DNA of 64,000 nucleotides from an uncultured Gemmatimonadales bacterium (GCA_963833905.1 CAWHZQ010000013.1:13902-77901); one strand, 5' to 3'; positions 22,084-35,084 are shown, numbered from the stretch's first letter. Translations and numbers: made by a program. The notes: a model not told the origin generated them from the sequence alone.

Positions 22084-23533
22084 AGTAGTCGCCGACCGTG
22101 AGACCGTAGCGTTCGGGATTGGTGACCTTGACGATCGAGCGCCGGTAGGCGCCGCTCTCGTCCTGCTCCGTCAGGCTCACCAGCGTGCCCGGAGGCGGGA
22201 CCGAGCCGCCATCCGGGTCCACCGCGATCCGCACCATGGGACGGTTGAGCTGCTGGCCCTCGGGATTGGGCGCGGCCACGAGGCCGATCTCGAAGGTGTC
22301 GAGAATGACGCAGGTGCCCACGGGATAGATGCCGATGAGGTTGATGAGCGCCTTCACCAGCACGATGTCGTAGCCACGCTTCGGGTTCTGCCACATCTCG
22401 CGCAGCACCTGGTCCGGCTCGATCGGTACCGTCTGGTAGCTCCGCCGCGTCGTGGCGGCATCGAAGCCGTCGGCCACCGCCACGATGCGCGAGAAGATGC
22501 CGAGCGAGCGGTCGCGGACCGACTTGGGATACCCGGTCAGGTCGGTCTTCATGTGGTGCTCGTGCGCGACGAGGATCGTACGGTACGGCAGCTCGTCGTG
22601 CGAGCGCATGGCGAACAGGGTGAGCGCGCCGAGCCACGGATGCCCCTGCATGATCCGCCACTCCTGCTCGTCGAGGCCGGTGGTCTTGTTGAGGATGTCC
22701 ACCGGGACCCGCGCCTTCCCCACGTCGTGCAGCAGCGCCGTCATGCCGAGGTCGTAGAGCTGCAGCCGGGTGAAGCCCAGCTTCTTGCCCAGCGCCACCG
22801 AGAAGATGCAGACGTTGACCGAGTGGGTGAACGTGTACTCGTCGTAGTCACGGATCGTCGTGAGGCCCACCAGGGAGGTCTCGTTGTTGAGGACCTGGTC
22901 GACGATGAGCTGGACCGCGCGCTTGACGCGCTTGACGCTGGTGGCGCGGCCCAGCCGGGCGCCGGTGATCACGTCCTTGGTGACCGCCACGCCCTGCGAG
23001 TAGATCCGCTTGGCCTGCTCCTTGGCCTGCTCCGCGTCGGGATCGTGCTCCTGCACCACGGCGCGCTCGACCTCGAGGCCCTGGACCCCGGCCGACGCCA
23101 GGCGCTCGAACAGCTCCTCGAAGCGTTCGTCGGGGTCACCCCGGTCGAAGAGGCTCAGGAGCAGGCTCAGGAAGATCTGCCACTCGCGCCGATTGGCCGA
23201 CTCGTGCACCCGGAGCGCGCCGACCGAGAAGGCCCGCAGCATCGCCAGGATCTGGCTGAACGACGCGTAGTTGTCGAGCTCGAGCCGGAGCCGGGTGGAG
23301 TTCACGAAGATGAAGTCGCCCGCCAGGCGGATCTCCAGATCGGCCTCGAGGGCCACCAGCGCGCGCGCGGCGGTATCGAGATCGTCGAGCGCCTTCTGGA
23401 CGGTCGCGTTCTCCACCGGGTAGAGCTTGAGGCTCCGGAGCGCCGTATAGAGCGCGAGCAGCAGCGCCCGCCCGCCCTGGCGGAGGCGGCCCTCCGACGC
23501 GCCGCTCGCCGTCTGCTCGGCCGGCGTGGTCAT
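22076..23533 (-). CDS. HD-GYP domain protein (putative c-di-GMP phosphodiesterase) with an N-terminal sensor/oligomerisation module
   Basis: The last 485 aa of ORF 22076..26023, starting [42 protein letters not shown]. No frameshift. ATGA overlap with the upstream gene. Confidence 0.85.
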   Translation of the reverse strand: MTTPAEQTASGASEGRLRQGGRALLLALYTALRSLKLYPVENATVQKALDDLDTAARALVALEADLEIRLAGDFIFVNSTRLRLELDNYASFSQILAMLRAFSVGALRVHESANRREWQIFLSLLLSLFDRGDPDERFEELFERLASAGVQGLEVERAVVQEHDPDAEQAKEQAKRIYSQGVAVTKDVITGARLGRATSVKRVKRAVQLIVDQVLNNETSLVGLTTIRDYDEYTFTHSVNVCIFSVALGKKLGFTRLQLYDLGMTALLHDVGKARVPVDILNKTTGLDEQEWRIMQGHPWLGALTLFAMRSHDELPYRTILVAHEHHMKTDLTGYPKSVRDRSLGIFSRIVAVADGFDAATTRRSYQTVPIEPDQVLREMWQNPKRGYDIVLVKALINLIGIYPVGTCVILDTFEIGLVAAPNPEGQQLNRPMVRIAVDPDGGSVPPPGTLVSLTEQDESGAYRRSIVKVTNPERYGLTVGDYFV

Positions 23534-25223
23534 GTGCCGGTCTCCCGCAACGCGCGGCTCACGGCGTTGCGCACCACGAGATCCTTGTCGTCGGCGGCCC
23601 GCTGGAGGATCTCCCGCGCCTCGGGGGTCCGGATCTTCCCGAGCGCGATCGCGGCGCAGGCGCGGGTCTCCGAGGCCTCCTTCATCCGGAGCAGGCCGCG
23701 CGGCAGCAGCAACGCGCTCATCGGCTTGATGCCCGCCGCGCCCGCGATGGACCCGTAGGCCTCGAAGAAGGCCATCTTCTCGGTGAGGTCCATCTCCTTG
23801 ACCGACTTCCCGAGCACGATGCCCTCGACGCGCTTCTGCGCGCCCTTGTAGCCGCGGCCGCCGACGACGCGGATGGCGGCCAGGCGCACGGCCCGGTCGT
23901 CGTCTTCCAGCGTCTTCTCGATGAACGCCATCGCCGCGGGGGTTCCCAGCTGGGCCAGCGCCTGCACCGAGGCCAGCCGCACGGCCGCGTCCTTGTGGCC
24001 GATGGTCTCGCCGAGCCCGGGCACCGTCTGGGTGAGCTGCAGGCGGCCGCAGAGCGCCACCACGGCCGCGAGCGCCTCCGACTCGGGCGAGCGGAGGATG
24101 CGGAGCACCTCCGTCGGATGCGCCTCCGCGAGCCGGTCGGCCACTTCCTCGAGCACTTTCCTGAGCGCGGGCGAGGCCAGCGTCGGAATCCAGGTGAGGA
24201 TCGGCTCGAGTGCCGTGGCGCGGAGCTCGCCCAGGACCTCGCCGACCGTGGGCTCGCCGGCGAGCGCGGGCACCTCGTCGATCGACTGCACGAGCTGGCT
24301 CACGATGGCCGGCTCGCTCAGCTTGGCCACGAAGCCGTCCAGCCGCGCGGCCTGCGCGGGCGCCAGGCCGGACGCGCGCTGGGTGAGCACGCGGCACTCG
24401 CGGAGAATGGTGGCCGCCGTCCGGAAATCGCGCGCGTTGAGCAGATTGGGGAACAGCGCCTCGAGCGTGCCGAGGATCTCGCCGCGGGTGGCCTCGTCGG
24501 CCTGGGTCTCGAAGAGATCGAACAGGATGTTGAGCGCGGCCATGCGCACGTCCCGGCGGTACTCGTCCTCGACCGCCGCGGCGACCTGGTTGATCTCCTT
24601 CTCCTCGAGGAAGTAGAGCGTGGAGTCGAACTCCTCCAGGTCGACGACGCCCTTCGGCCGCGGCGGTGCCTCCTGGGCGGCCGCCGCCTTGCGATCGCGC
24701 GCGGCGGCCTCCGCCTCCTGGCCGCTCGCCGCATAGCTGCGGGTCTGCTCGGGCAGGCCGGCCCCGGTGTCGCCGATGAACTCGATGAAATTGTACTGGA
24801 TGAACTCGAACTCCTCCTCCCAGAGCAGCGTCAGGAGGTCGTCGCCCGCGTCCGTCGGGAGGAACCGCGCGCGGTTGATCGTCTCGAGGAACCGCGGCAG
24901 CTCCTCCAGCTCCGCGCCGCGGCGGATCGTCAGCGAGCGCATCCCGTCCTTGAACAGTCCCCACGCGATGCTCTCCGCCTTGTTGAGCTGGTGGTAGACC
25001 ACCTGCTCTTCCCAGACGAAGTCGGTCTCCGCGACCGTGAGCACCAGCTCGTCGAGCACCGCCCAGATCGGCTGGAACGCGATCCGGAGGTTGTCGCTCG
25101 CCCGCTGGTAGACCGGGTTGTTGGGCAGGTACATGTGATAGGCGCGGAGCGCCTTCACCAGGCCGTTGATCAGCTCGGTGACCTGCGACGCGGGGAGGAT
25201 GTCCGTCGGCACGGGGCCGCTCG

Positions 25224-25227
<4 letters not shown>
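23530..25227 (-). CDS. HEAT/PBS-lyase-repeat protein of unknown function
   Basis: 565 codons in the frame of ORF 23530..26427, starting at a GTG that overlaps the frame-corrected trpB stop (GTGA). C-terminal HEAT-like repeats ([41 protein letters not shown]). The N-terminal ~100 aa resemble the N-terminus of the downstream HD-GYP protein. Confidence 0.7.
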
Positions 25228-26404
<1,177 letters not shown>

Positions 26405-26427
<23 letters not shown>

Positions 26428-27064
26428 CGACCGCCTCCAGAAAACGCGCGATTTTGTCAGGATCCTTGATGCCCGGCAGGCGCTCCACCCCTGAACTTAC
26501 ATCCACGATGTCCGGTCGAACGAGGGCCACGGCCGCCGCGACGGTCTCGGGCGTGAGCCCGCCGGCGAGCACCATCGCGCCGGCGGCCGAGCCGCGCCCG
26601 GGCCTCGCCCGCGAGCACGAGGTCCAGCGCGACGCCGCTACCGCCGGTGACGTGCGCCACCCGTGGCTCGACCAGCACGGCGTCCGCGTCCACCGCGGCC
26701 TCGCGCAGGAGGCCGAGGTCTTCGGGGCCGGCCAGACGCGCCACCCGCCAGACGCGCAGTCCTTCGGCGCGAAGCCGCGCCGCGTCCTCGCGCCGATAGG
26801 TCCCGTGAAGCTGGGCGCCGGCGAGCGCGGCCGAGCGGCTGATGCGGAGGATCTCGTCGACCGATTGTTCGCCGAAGACGCCGAAGACGGGCACGACGCC
26901 CGCGGCCGCGCCACCTCGGCGGCCGCCTGGGCGGTGACATGCCTCGGACCACCAGCAAAAACGACGCCCAGGTAGTCCGCGCCGGCGGCCACGGCCGCTG
27001 CCGCGTCCTGGGCGCGCGTCAGGCCGCAGATCTTGGCACGCACGGGCCGGCCGTTATCGGCCAC
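26405..27064 (-). CDS. trpF: phosphoribosylanthranilate isomerase, with two apparent frameshifts (~26900, ~26590)
   Basis: The ends lie in ORF 26405..27064 ([14 protein letters not shown]..., ...[10 protein letters not shown]...DVSSGVE). The middle lies in ORF 26457..26894 ([13 protein letters not shown]...AQLHG). Confidence 0.85.
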
Positions 27065-27847
27065 GGCGGGTCACGGCGCTCAGCCGCCCGAGCAGATCGT
27101 CAGGCTCGGCGGCCGAGGAGAGCGCCGTGCCGATGAGCACCGCGTCGGCGCCGGCCGCGGCCGCGGCCTCGACGTCCGCGACGCTCGTCATGCCGCTCTC
27201 CGCGACGGCCACGCAGCGCCGCCGGTACCGCGCGGAGCATGGTCCAGGCGGACGTCGGTGTCGACCCGGAACGTGTCCAGGTCGCGGCTGTTCACGCCCA
27301 GGACGGTCGGCGCCGGCGTCGAGCGCGCGCGCCAGCTCGTCCGGCGTGTGTACCTCGACCAGCGCCTCGAGGCCGGCATCGCGCGCGCAGGCGAGCAGCG
27401 TCGGCGAGTCGGGAGGCGCTGAGCGCCCGGACGATCAGCAGCACCGCGGCGGCGCCCGCCGCCCGCGCCTCCACGATCTGGAGCTCGTCGAGAATGAAGT
27501 CCTTCCGGAGCACCGGGACGGCGGTGCGGCCGACGGCCGCCCGGAGGTCGTCGAGCGAGCCGCCGAAGAACGGCCCGTCGGTGAGCACCGAGATCGCCGC
27601 GGCGCCGTGGCGCGCGTAGCGCTCGGCGCGCTCGGCCGGATCGAGATCCTCGCGGATCGAGCCCGCCGACGGCGAGCGGCGCTTCACCTCCGCGATGACG
27701 GCGACGCGTCCGGCGCTTGAGCGCCGCGGCCAGCGACGGCGGGCGGACCGCGGCGGCCGCCTCGCGCTCCACCGCGGCGCGGCGGGCCCTGAGGTCGGGC
27801 AGCCGGCCCCGGGTGGCGGTGAGAATCTGGTCCAGCGTAACGGGCAT
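27054..27847 (-). CDS. trpC: indole-3-glycerol-phosphate synthase, with about five apparent frameshifts
   Basis: Pieces in alternating frames: [16 protein letters not shown]; [15 protein letters not shown]...[14 protein letters not shown]...[10 protein letters not shown]; [14 protein letters not shown]; [15 protein letters not shown]; [12 protein letters not shown]...[11 protein letters not shown]. Shifts near 27710, 27420, 27320, 27240 and 27205. The ends are approximate. Confidence 0.75.
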
Positions 27848-27878
27848 CTTGTCCTTCGGCCGGTCTTCGGGTATTCTA

Positions 27879-27893
27879 GTTCGGGCTCTATTC
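27879..27893. promoter_or_regulatory. Candidate LexA box of the direct-repeat type (GTTC-N7-ATTC)
   Basis: gttcgggctctattc lies 29 nt upstream of the lexA ATG. It matches GTTC-N7-GTTC at 7 of 8 positions. No CTGT-N8-ACAG or GAAC-N4-GTTC site is present. Confidence 0.25.
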
Positions 27894-27921
27894 GGTCGCA
27901 CCGCCGACGAGGAGATACGAC

Positions 27922-28530
27922 ATGCCCCTGACCAAGCGACAGAGCGAAATTCTCGTGTTCCTGCAGAATCACATCCTGGAGCAGGGCTACGCGCCGAGCT
28001 TCGAGGAGATCGCCGAGCGGTTCGGCTTTCAGTCGCTCGCCACGGTGCACGAGCATCTGACCAACCTCGAGCGCAAGGGCTACATCCGCCGCTCCTACAA
28101 CGAGAGCCGCTCGATCGAGGTCCTGCCTCCGCGCGGCACCTCGGCGGCCAGCGAGATCCCGCTGCTCGGCAAGGTCGCCGCCGGCACGCCGATCGAGTCG
28201 CTGATGCACCAGGAGACCATCGCGGTGCCGGACCAGATGCTGCCCCGCCGCGGGCCCAACTACGCGCTCCGGGTGCAGGGTGCCTCGATGATCGACGAGC
28301 ACATCATGGACGGCGACGTCGTCGTCGTGCACGGCAAGCAGACCGCGGAAAATGGCGAGATGGTCATCGCCCTCGTCAACGGCAGCGAGGCCACCGTCAA
28401 GAAGTTCTATCGCGAGGCCGGGGGCTGGATTCGCCTTCAGCCGGCCAATGCCACCATGCAGCCCATGCGCTTTCAGGAGCGGGACGTCCTGATCCAGGGC
28501 GTCGTCGTCGGGGTGATCCGGAAGTATTGA
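27922..28530 (+). CDS. lexA: LexA repressor
   Basis: Intact 202-aa ORF. Winged-helix N-terminus (QSEILVFLQ...[10 protein letters not shown]). VAAGTPIE (Ala-Gly cleavage site). GASMIDEHI (Ser). ATVKKF (Lys). Confidence 0.95.
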   Translation: MPLTKRQSEILVFLQNHILEQGYAPSFEEIAERFGFQSLATVHEHLTNLERKGYIRRSYNESRSIEVLPPRGTSAASEIPLLGKVAAGTPIESLMHQETIAVPDQMLPRRGPNYALRVQGASMIDEHIMDGDVVVVHGKQTAENGEMVIALVNGSEATVKKFYREAGGWIRLQPANATMQPMRFQERDVLIQGVVVGVIRKY

Positions 28531-29653
28531 GCCGCGTCATCCTGAGCGCGAGCGAAGGAGTACGGCAATCCTTCGCTCCGCTCAGGATGACACGTTGCCG
28601 ACGCCGCCGGTACTCCGGACACCCCCGGCGCCGCACGCCGCAACTCCGCCAGCACCCGCGCCGCACCGCCGTTCTCCAGCGCCTCCCTCGCCCGCGCCGC
28701 CGCCTCGGCCATCGTCCACCCGCGCCCCGCCACGTAGAGCGCGGCCGCCGCATTCAGCAGCACGGCGCAGCGCTCGACCATCGTGCCCCCGCCCCCGAGC
28801 AGCCGCTCCACCCGGCCCGCGTTCTCCGCCGGCTCGCCGCCGGCCAGTCCGTCGAGATCGTCGCACGCGAGGCCGAGCCCCTCGGGCGACACGGTCCAGG
28901 TAGCGACCCGCCCCTCACGCACCTCCCACACCCGAGTGCTGCCCGATGGGCTCACCTCGTCCATGCCGACCGCGGCGTGCAGCACCAGCGCGTGCGTCGC
29001 GCCCAGCCGCGCCAGCGCCTCGGCGACGAGCGGCGCGCGGTCCTCGCTCGAGACCCCGACCACCTGCCGGCGGACACCGGCCGGGTTGGCCAGCGGGCCG
29101 AGCAGGTTCATGATCGTGGGCACGGCGAGCTCCTTCCGCACCGGGCCGGCGTGTCGCATCGCCGGGTGATACGTCGGCGCGTACAGGAAGACGAGGCCCG
29201 CGTGCCGCAGCACCTCCGACGCCCGAGCCGGCGAGAGCAGGATGTCGACGCCCAAGCGCTTCGAGCACGTCGGCCGAGCCGGAGCGCGAGGTGTAGCTGC
29301 GGTTGCCGTGCTTGGCCACGGGGACGCCGGCCCCCGCCACGACGAACGCGGCGGCCGTCGAGATGTTGAGCGTGCCCACCCGGCCGCCGCCGGTGCCACA
29401 GGTGTCCACCAGCCCATCGACGTCGTCGACCTCGAGCCGGACCATCGCACCGCGAAGAGCGCGGCGCCGCGCCGGCCACTTCTTCCGCCGTTTCACCCTT
29501 CGCACGGAGCCCCATCAGGAGCGCCGCCGTCTGCACCGCCGTCGCCTCGCCCCGCATCACCACGGCGAACGCCTCCGCCGCCGCTTCGCTCGAGAGGGAA
29601 GCGCCCTGAGACAACTGGTGGAGGGCATGGCGGAGCGGAGCGTCCTGGGTCAC
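28473..29653 (-). CDS. trpD: anthranilate phosphoribosyltransferase, with two apparent frameshifts (~29460, ~29250); the 3' end as read runs through the repeat
   Basis: Pieces: [11 protein letters not shown]...[14 protein letters not shown]; [23 protein letters not shown]...[18 protein letters not shown]; [11 protein letters not shown]...[12 protein letters not shown]. The first in-frame stop is at 28473, inside the lexA 3' end. The true stop is probably nearer ~28600. Confidence 0.8.
28537..28592. repeat. Compact palindromic REP-like element (same family as 12317 and 6338); likely bidirectional terminator
   Basis: gtcatcctgagcgcgagcgaagga-gtacggcaa-tccttcgctccgctcaggatgac, a stem of roughly 23 bp. 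It lies between convergent lexA and trpD. Confidence 0.75.
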
Positions 29654-29725
29654 GGGCGGTCGCGGTCGGGGCCTCGTCGGAATGGCGCGGGAAGTGTCGA
29701 AAAGAGTATTCGCGAAAGGCCGCTT

Positions 29726-29741
29726 TTGTCAATTGTGACAA
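29726..29741. promoter_or_regulatory. Perfect 6-4-6 palindrome TTGTCA-ATTG-TGACAA in the trpD/truA divergent region (candidate operator overlapping a -35)
   Basis: On the minus strand it supplies TTGACA, followed 16 nt later by AATACT, a sigma70-like promoter facing trpD. On the plus strand TTGCCC-17nt-TAGATT ends 8 nt before the truA ATG. Confidence 0.3.
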
Positions 29742-29791
29742 GCAGTTGCGCGGCTTGCCCGGGGGGTCTCGCCCCGCTAGATTCCGGGCCG

Positions 29792-30604
29792 ATGAGCCGG
29801 ACATTCCTCGCCACGCTGCACTTCGACGGTACCGGGTTTGTCGGGTGGCAGCGCCAAGCCGCCGGCCGCTCCGTCCAAGCCGAGTTCGAGCGCGTGCTCG
29901 AGCGCCTGTTCTCGCAGCCCGCCACAGCCCACGCCGCCGGCCGGACCGATGCCGGCGTGCATGCGGTCGGACTGGGCGTCAGCTTCCCCGCCCCCGACAA
30001 CTGGACTGGTCCCACCCTGCACCGGGCGCTCAACGCCCTGGTCCCGCGCGACTGCTGGGTCGCGCGGGTGGATGAGATGCGTCCGGGGTTCCACGCGCGG
30101 AAGAGCGCAGCGTCCCGCCGCTATCGCTACGACATCGGCACCGACGCGGCGTCGGCCTCGCCGTTCCGCCGGCCATTCGAGTGGGCACTCGGCCGGCCGC
30201 TCGATCTGGCCGCGCTCCGGGCGGCCGCCACCCTGCTGCACGGCGAGCACGACTTCCAGGCCTTCGCCGCCAAGGGTGAGCCCAAGCCGCACTACCGCTG
30301 CCGGCTGGCCATCGCCGAATGGGCGGAGCGGCCGGAGGGCCGCGGCACCAGCTTCCACGTCGAGGCCGACCGATTCCTGCACCACATGGTCCGCATGCTC
30401 GTCGGCACGATGGTGGACGTCGGTCTCGGCCGCCGTCCGTTGAGTGACATCGAGATGCTGCTCGAGCGCGGGGACAATCAGCGGACCAGCCCGCCGGCCC
30501 CGGCGGAGGGGCTCTATTTCGTGGCCGCGTCGTATCCTCCGGAGCTGTTTCTGCGCCCGGAGACCGGCGTGCGCCAAGCCGAAGTGTCGGTCTCCGATGC
30601 GTAG
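29792..30604 (+). CDS. truA: tRNA pseudouridine(38-40) synthase
   Basis: MSRTFLATLHFDGTGFVGWQRQ...AAGRTDAGVHA (catalytic Asp)...RRYRY...FLHHMVRMLVGT. The internal ATG was chosen within ORF 29303..30604. Confidence 0.9.
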   Translation: MSRTFLATLHFDGTGFVGWQRQAAGRSVQAEFERVLERLFSQPATAHAAGRTDAGVHAVGLGVSFPAPDNWTGPTLHRALNALVPRDCWVARVDEMRPGFHARKSAASRRYRYDIGTDAASASPFRRPFEWALGRPLDLAALRAAATLLHGEHDFQAFAAKGEPKPHYRCRLAIAEWAERPEGRGTSFHVEADRFLHHMVRMLVGTMVDVGLGRRPLSDIEMLLERGDNQRTSPPAPAEGLYFVAASYPPELFLRPETGVRQAEVSVSDA

Positions 30605-32073
30605 GGTCGCGCGCCCCTTCGCGCTCGTCGCCACCGTGTTCGCGCTCGTCGCCACCGCGTGCCGCGACGTCCGGGCACCGGCCGGTGGCACCGCGTCCGA
30701 CAATGCTCCCGCCGACAGCGCCGCTCGAGGCCACTCGATGCCGGTCTCGAGCGCCGGCGCCCAGGTGGCCGCCGCGCGCAACGCGGACGCGCAGGCCATC
30801 AACTCGCGGCGGACCGCCATCGTCGCCGCGGTCGAGCGCGCGTCGGGGGCGGTGGTCTCCATCAACGTCAGCTCCACTCGGGAGGCGCCGGCGCGCTCGC
30901 CCTGGGACTTCTTCTTCGTCCCCGAAGGCGCGCGCGTGGTGCAGGGCTACGGCACCGGCTTCATCATCCGCCCCAACGGCGTCATCGTCACCAACCAGCA
31001 CGTGGTGGCCAACGCCACCAAAGTCGTCGTGACGCTGCCCGACGGCACCGACCTGCCCGCCCGCGTGCTCGGCGAGGACCCCCTGACCGACATCGCGGTG
31101 CTGCAGGTGGAGCGGCAGGGCCTCCCCACCGTGACCATGGGGCACAGCACCGACCTCATGATCGGCGAATGGGTCGTCGCGATGGGCAACCCGTACGCCT
31201 ACCTCCTCGGCAACGCGGAGCCGACGGTCACCGTGGGCGTCGTGAGCGCCACGTCGCGCAACATTCTCCCGACCGGCGAGCAGACCGGCCTCTACCTGGA
31301 CATGATCCAGACCGACGCCGCCATCAACCCCGGCAACTCGGGCGGCCCGCTGACCAACGCGCTCGGCGAAGTCGTCGGCGTCAACTCGTCGATCTTCAGC
31401 AACAGCGGCGGCTCCGTCGGGCTCGGCTTCGCCATTCCGATCGAGCGCGCGGTCCGGGTGGCGGACGAGATCATCAAGAGCGGCTCGGTGCGGCGGGCGT
31501 GGGTCGGACTCGACGTCGAGGGCGCCGCCGCGATGCGCAACTGGAAGAGCCAGGGCGGCGTGGTGGTCGCGGCGGTCACGCCCGAAGGTCCGGCGGCGCG
31601 TGCCGGCCTCCAGTCCGGGCGACGTGCTGGTCGAGGCCAACGGCCGCCGGCTCCGCAACTATCTCGACTGGGAAGCGGTCAAGCTGGACCTCCACGTCGG
31701 CGACGGCGTCGAGCTCAACGTTCGGAGCGGCGGCGGCACCGTGCGCCGCCGGATCGTCACCGGCGACCTGCCCACGGTCACCGCCGAGAAGGTGACGGTG
31801 CTGCAGGATCTGCAGCTCATCAACGTGACGCCCCAGATCCAGGCGGAGCGCAGCATCCGGAGCGATCGCGGCGCGCTCATCTTCCGGATCTCGACGCAGG
31901 TGAGCCGGGCCACCGGCCTGCGCGAGGGCGACGTCATCGTCGCCATCAACCGGAGCGCCGTCCGCACCGCGTCGCAGGTCGAGGGCCTGCTCAACGTGCG
32001 CTCCGGGCAGGTCGTCCGGGTGTACGTCGAGCGCGACGGGCAGATCACCTTCACCGACCTCGTCTTCCGATGA
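30597..32073 (+). CDS. HtrA/DegP-family serine protease with two PDZ domains, with an apparent frameshift near 31615
   Basis: Signal/lipoprotein-like N-terminus (LVATACR). Protease core GTGFIIRPNGVIVTNQHVV...DIAVLQV...TDAAINPGNSGGPL. The PDZ regions continue in ORF 31600..32073. Confidence 0.85.
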
Positions 32074-33510
32074 CCGACGATCGCTGGCGCTCGCCGCTCG
32101 GCACCCGCTACGCCTCGCCCGCGATGCAGATCCTCTGGGGCGAGCCGCACCGGGTCGGCCTCTGGCGCCGGCTCTGGCTCGCGCTGGCGGAAGCGGAGCG
32201 CGAGCTCGGGCTCGACATCCCCGACGAGGCGCTGGCCCAGATGCGCGCCCACCTGGACGACGTGGATCTCGCCATGGCGGCCAAGTACGAGCGCCGCTTC
32301 CGTCACGACGTCATGGCGCACATCCACGCCTTCGCCGACCAGGCGCCGGCCGCGCGCCCGTACCTGCACCTCGGCGCCACCAGCGCCTTCGTCACCGACA
32401 ACGCCGACCTGATCGTCATGCGCGACGGGCTCCGGCTCCTGCTCGGCCGGCTCGTGGCGGTGCTGCAGTCGCTGGAGGGGTTCGCGCGACGCACGGCCGG
32501 CATCCCCTGCCTCGCCTACACGCACTTCCAGCCGGCCCAGCTCACCACCGTGGGCAAGCGGGCGACGCTCTGGATGCAGGACTACGCGCTGGACGTGGAG
32601 GAGGTCGCGCACCGGCTCGAGGCGCTCCGCTTCCGGGGCTGCCAGGGCACGACCGGGACCCAGGCGTCGTTCCTCGAGCTCTTCGGCGGCGATCACGCCA
32701 AGGTGCGCGAGCTCGAGCGGCGCGTCACCGCCAAGCTCGGCTTCCGCGAGCAGTTCGCCGTCACCGGCCAGACCTACGCGCGGAAGACCGACAGCATGGT
32801 GCTCGACGCGCTGAGCGGCATCGCCCAGTCGGCGGCCAAGATGGCCGGCGACCTGCGGCTCCTCCAGCACGAGGGCGAGCTGCTCGAGCCGTTCGAGTCC
32901 GAGCAGATCGGCTCGAGCGCCATGGCCTACAAGCGGAACCCGATGCGCGCCGAGCGGATCACCGGCCTGGCGCGGTTCGTCATCTCGCTGCAGGCCAACG
33001 GCGCGCACACGGCGGCGAGCCAGTGGCTGGAGCGGACGCTCGACGACAGCGCCAACCGCCGCCTCACGCTGCCGGAGGCGTTCCTCGGCGCCGACGCCAT
33101 CCTGGTGCTGGCGACGAACATCGCGGCGGGCCTCGAGGTGCGCGAGGACGTGATCCGTCGCCACGTCGTCGAGCAGATGCCGTTCATGGCCACCGAGCGC
33201 TGGCTCATGCTCGGCGTGGGCGCGGGCGGCGACCGCCAGTCGCTGCACGAGGTCATCCGCCGGCACAGCCTGTCGGTGGCCGAGGCGGTGAGCCGCGGCG
33301 CGCGGAACGATCTGCTCGACCGGCTCTCCGCCGATCCGGCGTTCCGGCTGCGTCCCCGCCGAGTCGCTCCGCGCGGAGCTCGATCCGGCGAGCTACACGG
33401 GGCGCGCCGAGCAGCAGGTGGGCGAGTTCCTCGGCGAGTATCTCCACCCGCTGCTCGAGCGCGCCCGTCCGCTCGCGGCGGAGACCGGCGGCGCGGAGGT
33501 GCGCGTATGA
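32070..33510 (+). CDS. purB: adenylosuccinate lyase, with an apparent frameshift near 33350
   Basis: MTDDRWRSPLGTRYASPAM...HLGATSAFVTDN...GSSAMAYKRNPMRAE. The C-terminal ~50 aa are in the +1 frame and end in TGA at 33508-33510. ATGA overlaps at both ends. Confidence 0.9.
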
Positions 33511-34437
33511 GCGCCCACGACGCTCACCGAGAGCCGGCTGCCGCTGCCCCTGCTCCGCCGCGGCAAGGTGCGCGAGGTGTACGAGGTCGACGCGGACCAC
33601 CTGCTGCTCGTCGCCAGCGACCGGGTGAGCGCGTTCGACATCGTCATGCGCGAGCCGATCCCCCGGAAGGGCGCGGTCCTCACCCAGGTGAGCGCGTTCT
33701 GGTTCGAGCGGCTCGGCGGCATCGTCCCGTCACACTACGTCACCGCGAATACAGCCGACATCCTCGCACGCGTCCCCGCGCTCGCCGGCCGCGCGGACGA
33801 GATCGCCGGCCGCGCGATGCTCGTGCGGCGGACGACGCCGGTGGCCGTTCGAGTGCGTCGTGCGCGGCTACCTCTCGGGCTCGGCGTGGGCCGAGTACCA
33901 GCGCCACGGGACGCTGGCGGGCGAGGCGCTCCCGGCCGGCCTGCGTGAGAGCGACCGGTTGGAGCCCCCGCTCTTCTCGCCCGCCACCAAGGCCGAGAGC
34001 GGGCACGACGAGAACGTGACCGTCGACCGCATGGCGGCGGCCCTGGGCCGCGAGCTCACCGCGCAGGCTCCGCGACCTGAGCTTCGCCGTCTATCGCGCC
34101 GGCCGCGATCACGCCGCGTCGCGCGGGATCATCATCGCCGACACCAAATTCGAGTTCGGCAGCACCGCGGACGGGACCCTGCTGCTGATCGACGAGGTGA
34201 TGACCCCCGACAGCTCTCGCTTCTGGCCGGCCGACCGCTACGCGCCCGGGACGGAGCCAGCCCAGCTTCGACAAGCAGCCGCTGCGCGACTATCTCGCCG
34301 GGCTCAAGGCCGCCGGCCAGTGGAACGGCGAAGCGCCGCCGCCGCCGCTCCCGGCCGACGTGGTGGACGCGACGAGCCGGCGCTACCTCGAGGCGTACCG
34401 GCTCCTGACCGGCCACGCCCTGGAAGATGCCGGTTGA
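33507..34437 (+). CDS. purC: phosphoribosylaminoimidazole-succinocarboxamide synthase, with about four apparent frameshifts
   Basis: Pieces in successive +1 frames: [13 protein letters not shown]...[13 protein letters not shown]; [14 protein letters not shown]; [11 protein letters not shown]...[16 protein letters not shown]; [10 protein letters not shown]. Shifts near 33520, 33850, 34075 and 34265. Confidence 0.8.
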
Positions 34438-35084
34438 TCCGCACCGCCCCGGAGGGGCGCTGGTTCATCGCGGGGGCGTGGGTGGTGGCGCTGGCGCTGG
34501 TCACGGCCGCGGTCCGGACGCAGGGCACCGGGTGGATCGTCGGCGCGGTGCTCTGGACGCTCCTCGCGGTCTGGGTCGTCGCCTTCTTCCGCGACCCGGA
34601 GCGCGCCTGGTCCCTCGGCGAGCGCCTGATCGTGGCCCCGGCGGACGGCAAGGTCGTGAGCGTCATCGAGGTGGACGAGCCGGCCTTCTTCGGCGGGCGG
34701 ACCCAGCGGGTTTCGATCTTCATGAACGTGTTCGACTGCCATGTGAACCGGTATCCGACCGACGGGACGGTGGCGTATCGTCACTATAACGCCGGCGCGT
34801 TCGGACACGCGGGGGCCGAGAAGGCCAGCCTGTCGAACGAACAGTGCTCGGTGGGGCTCGCGACGCCGAAGGGCAAGGTGCTCATCCGGCAGATCGCCGG
34901 ACTCATCGCCCGGCGCATCGTCACTGACCACCCGGTCGGCACCACAGTGCACCAGTGCAAGCGGCTCGGCATGATCCGGTTCGGATCGCGGGTAGACCTT
35001 TTCCTCCCGCTGGGAACCCGCGTGCTCGCGCGCGTCGGGGACACCACGCGGGTGGGGGTGACGGTGGTGGCCGAATGGAGCTGA
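34434..35084 (+). CDS. psd: phosphatidylserine decarboxylase proenzyme (short, archaetidylserine-decarboxylase-like type)
   Basis: TM N-terminus, then APADGKVV...[15 protein letters not shown]...[13 protein letters not shown] (G-S self-cleavage site). The TTG start overlaps the purC stop (TTGA). Confidence 0.8.
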   Translation: MIRTAPEGRWFIAGAWVVALALVTAAVRTQGTGWIVGAVLWTLLAVWVVAFFRDPERAWSLGERLIVAPADGKVVSVIEVDEPAFFGGRTQRVSIFMNVFDCHVNRYPTDGTVAYRHYNAGAFGHAGAEKASLSNEQCSVGLATPKGKVLIRQIAGLIARRIVTDHPVGTTVHQCKRLGMIRFGSRVDLFLPLGTRVLARVGDTTRVGVTVVAEWS

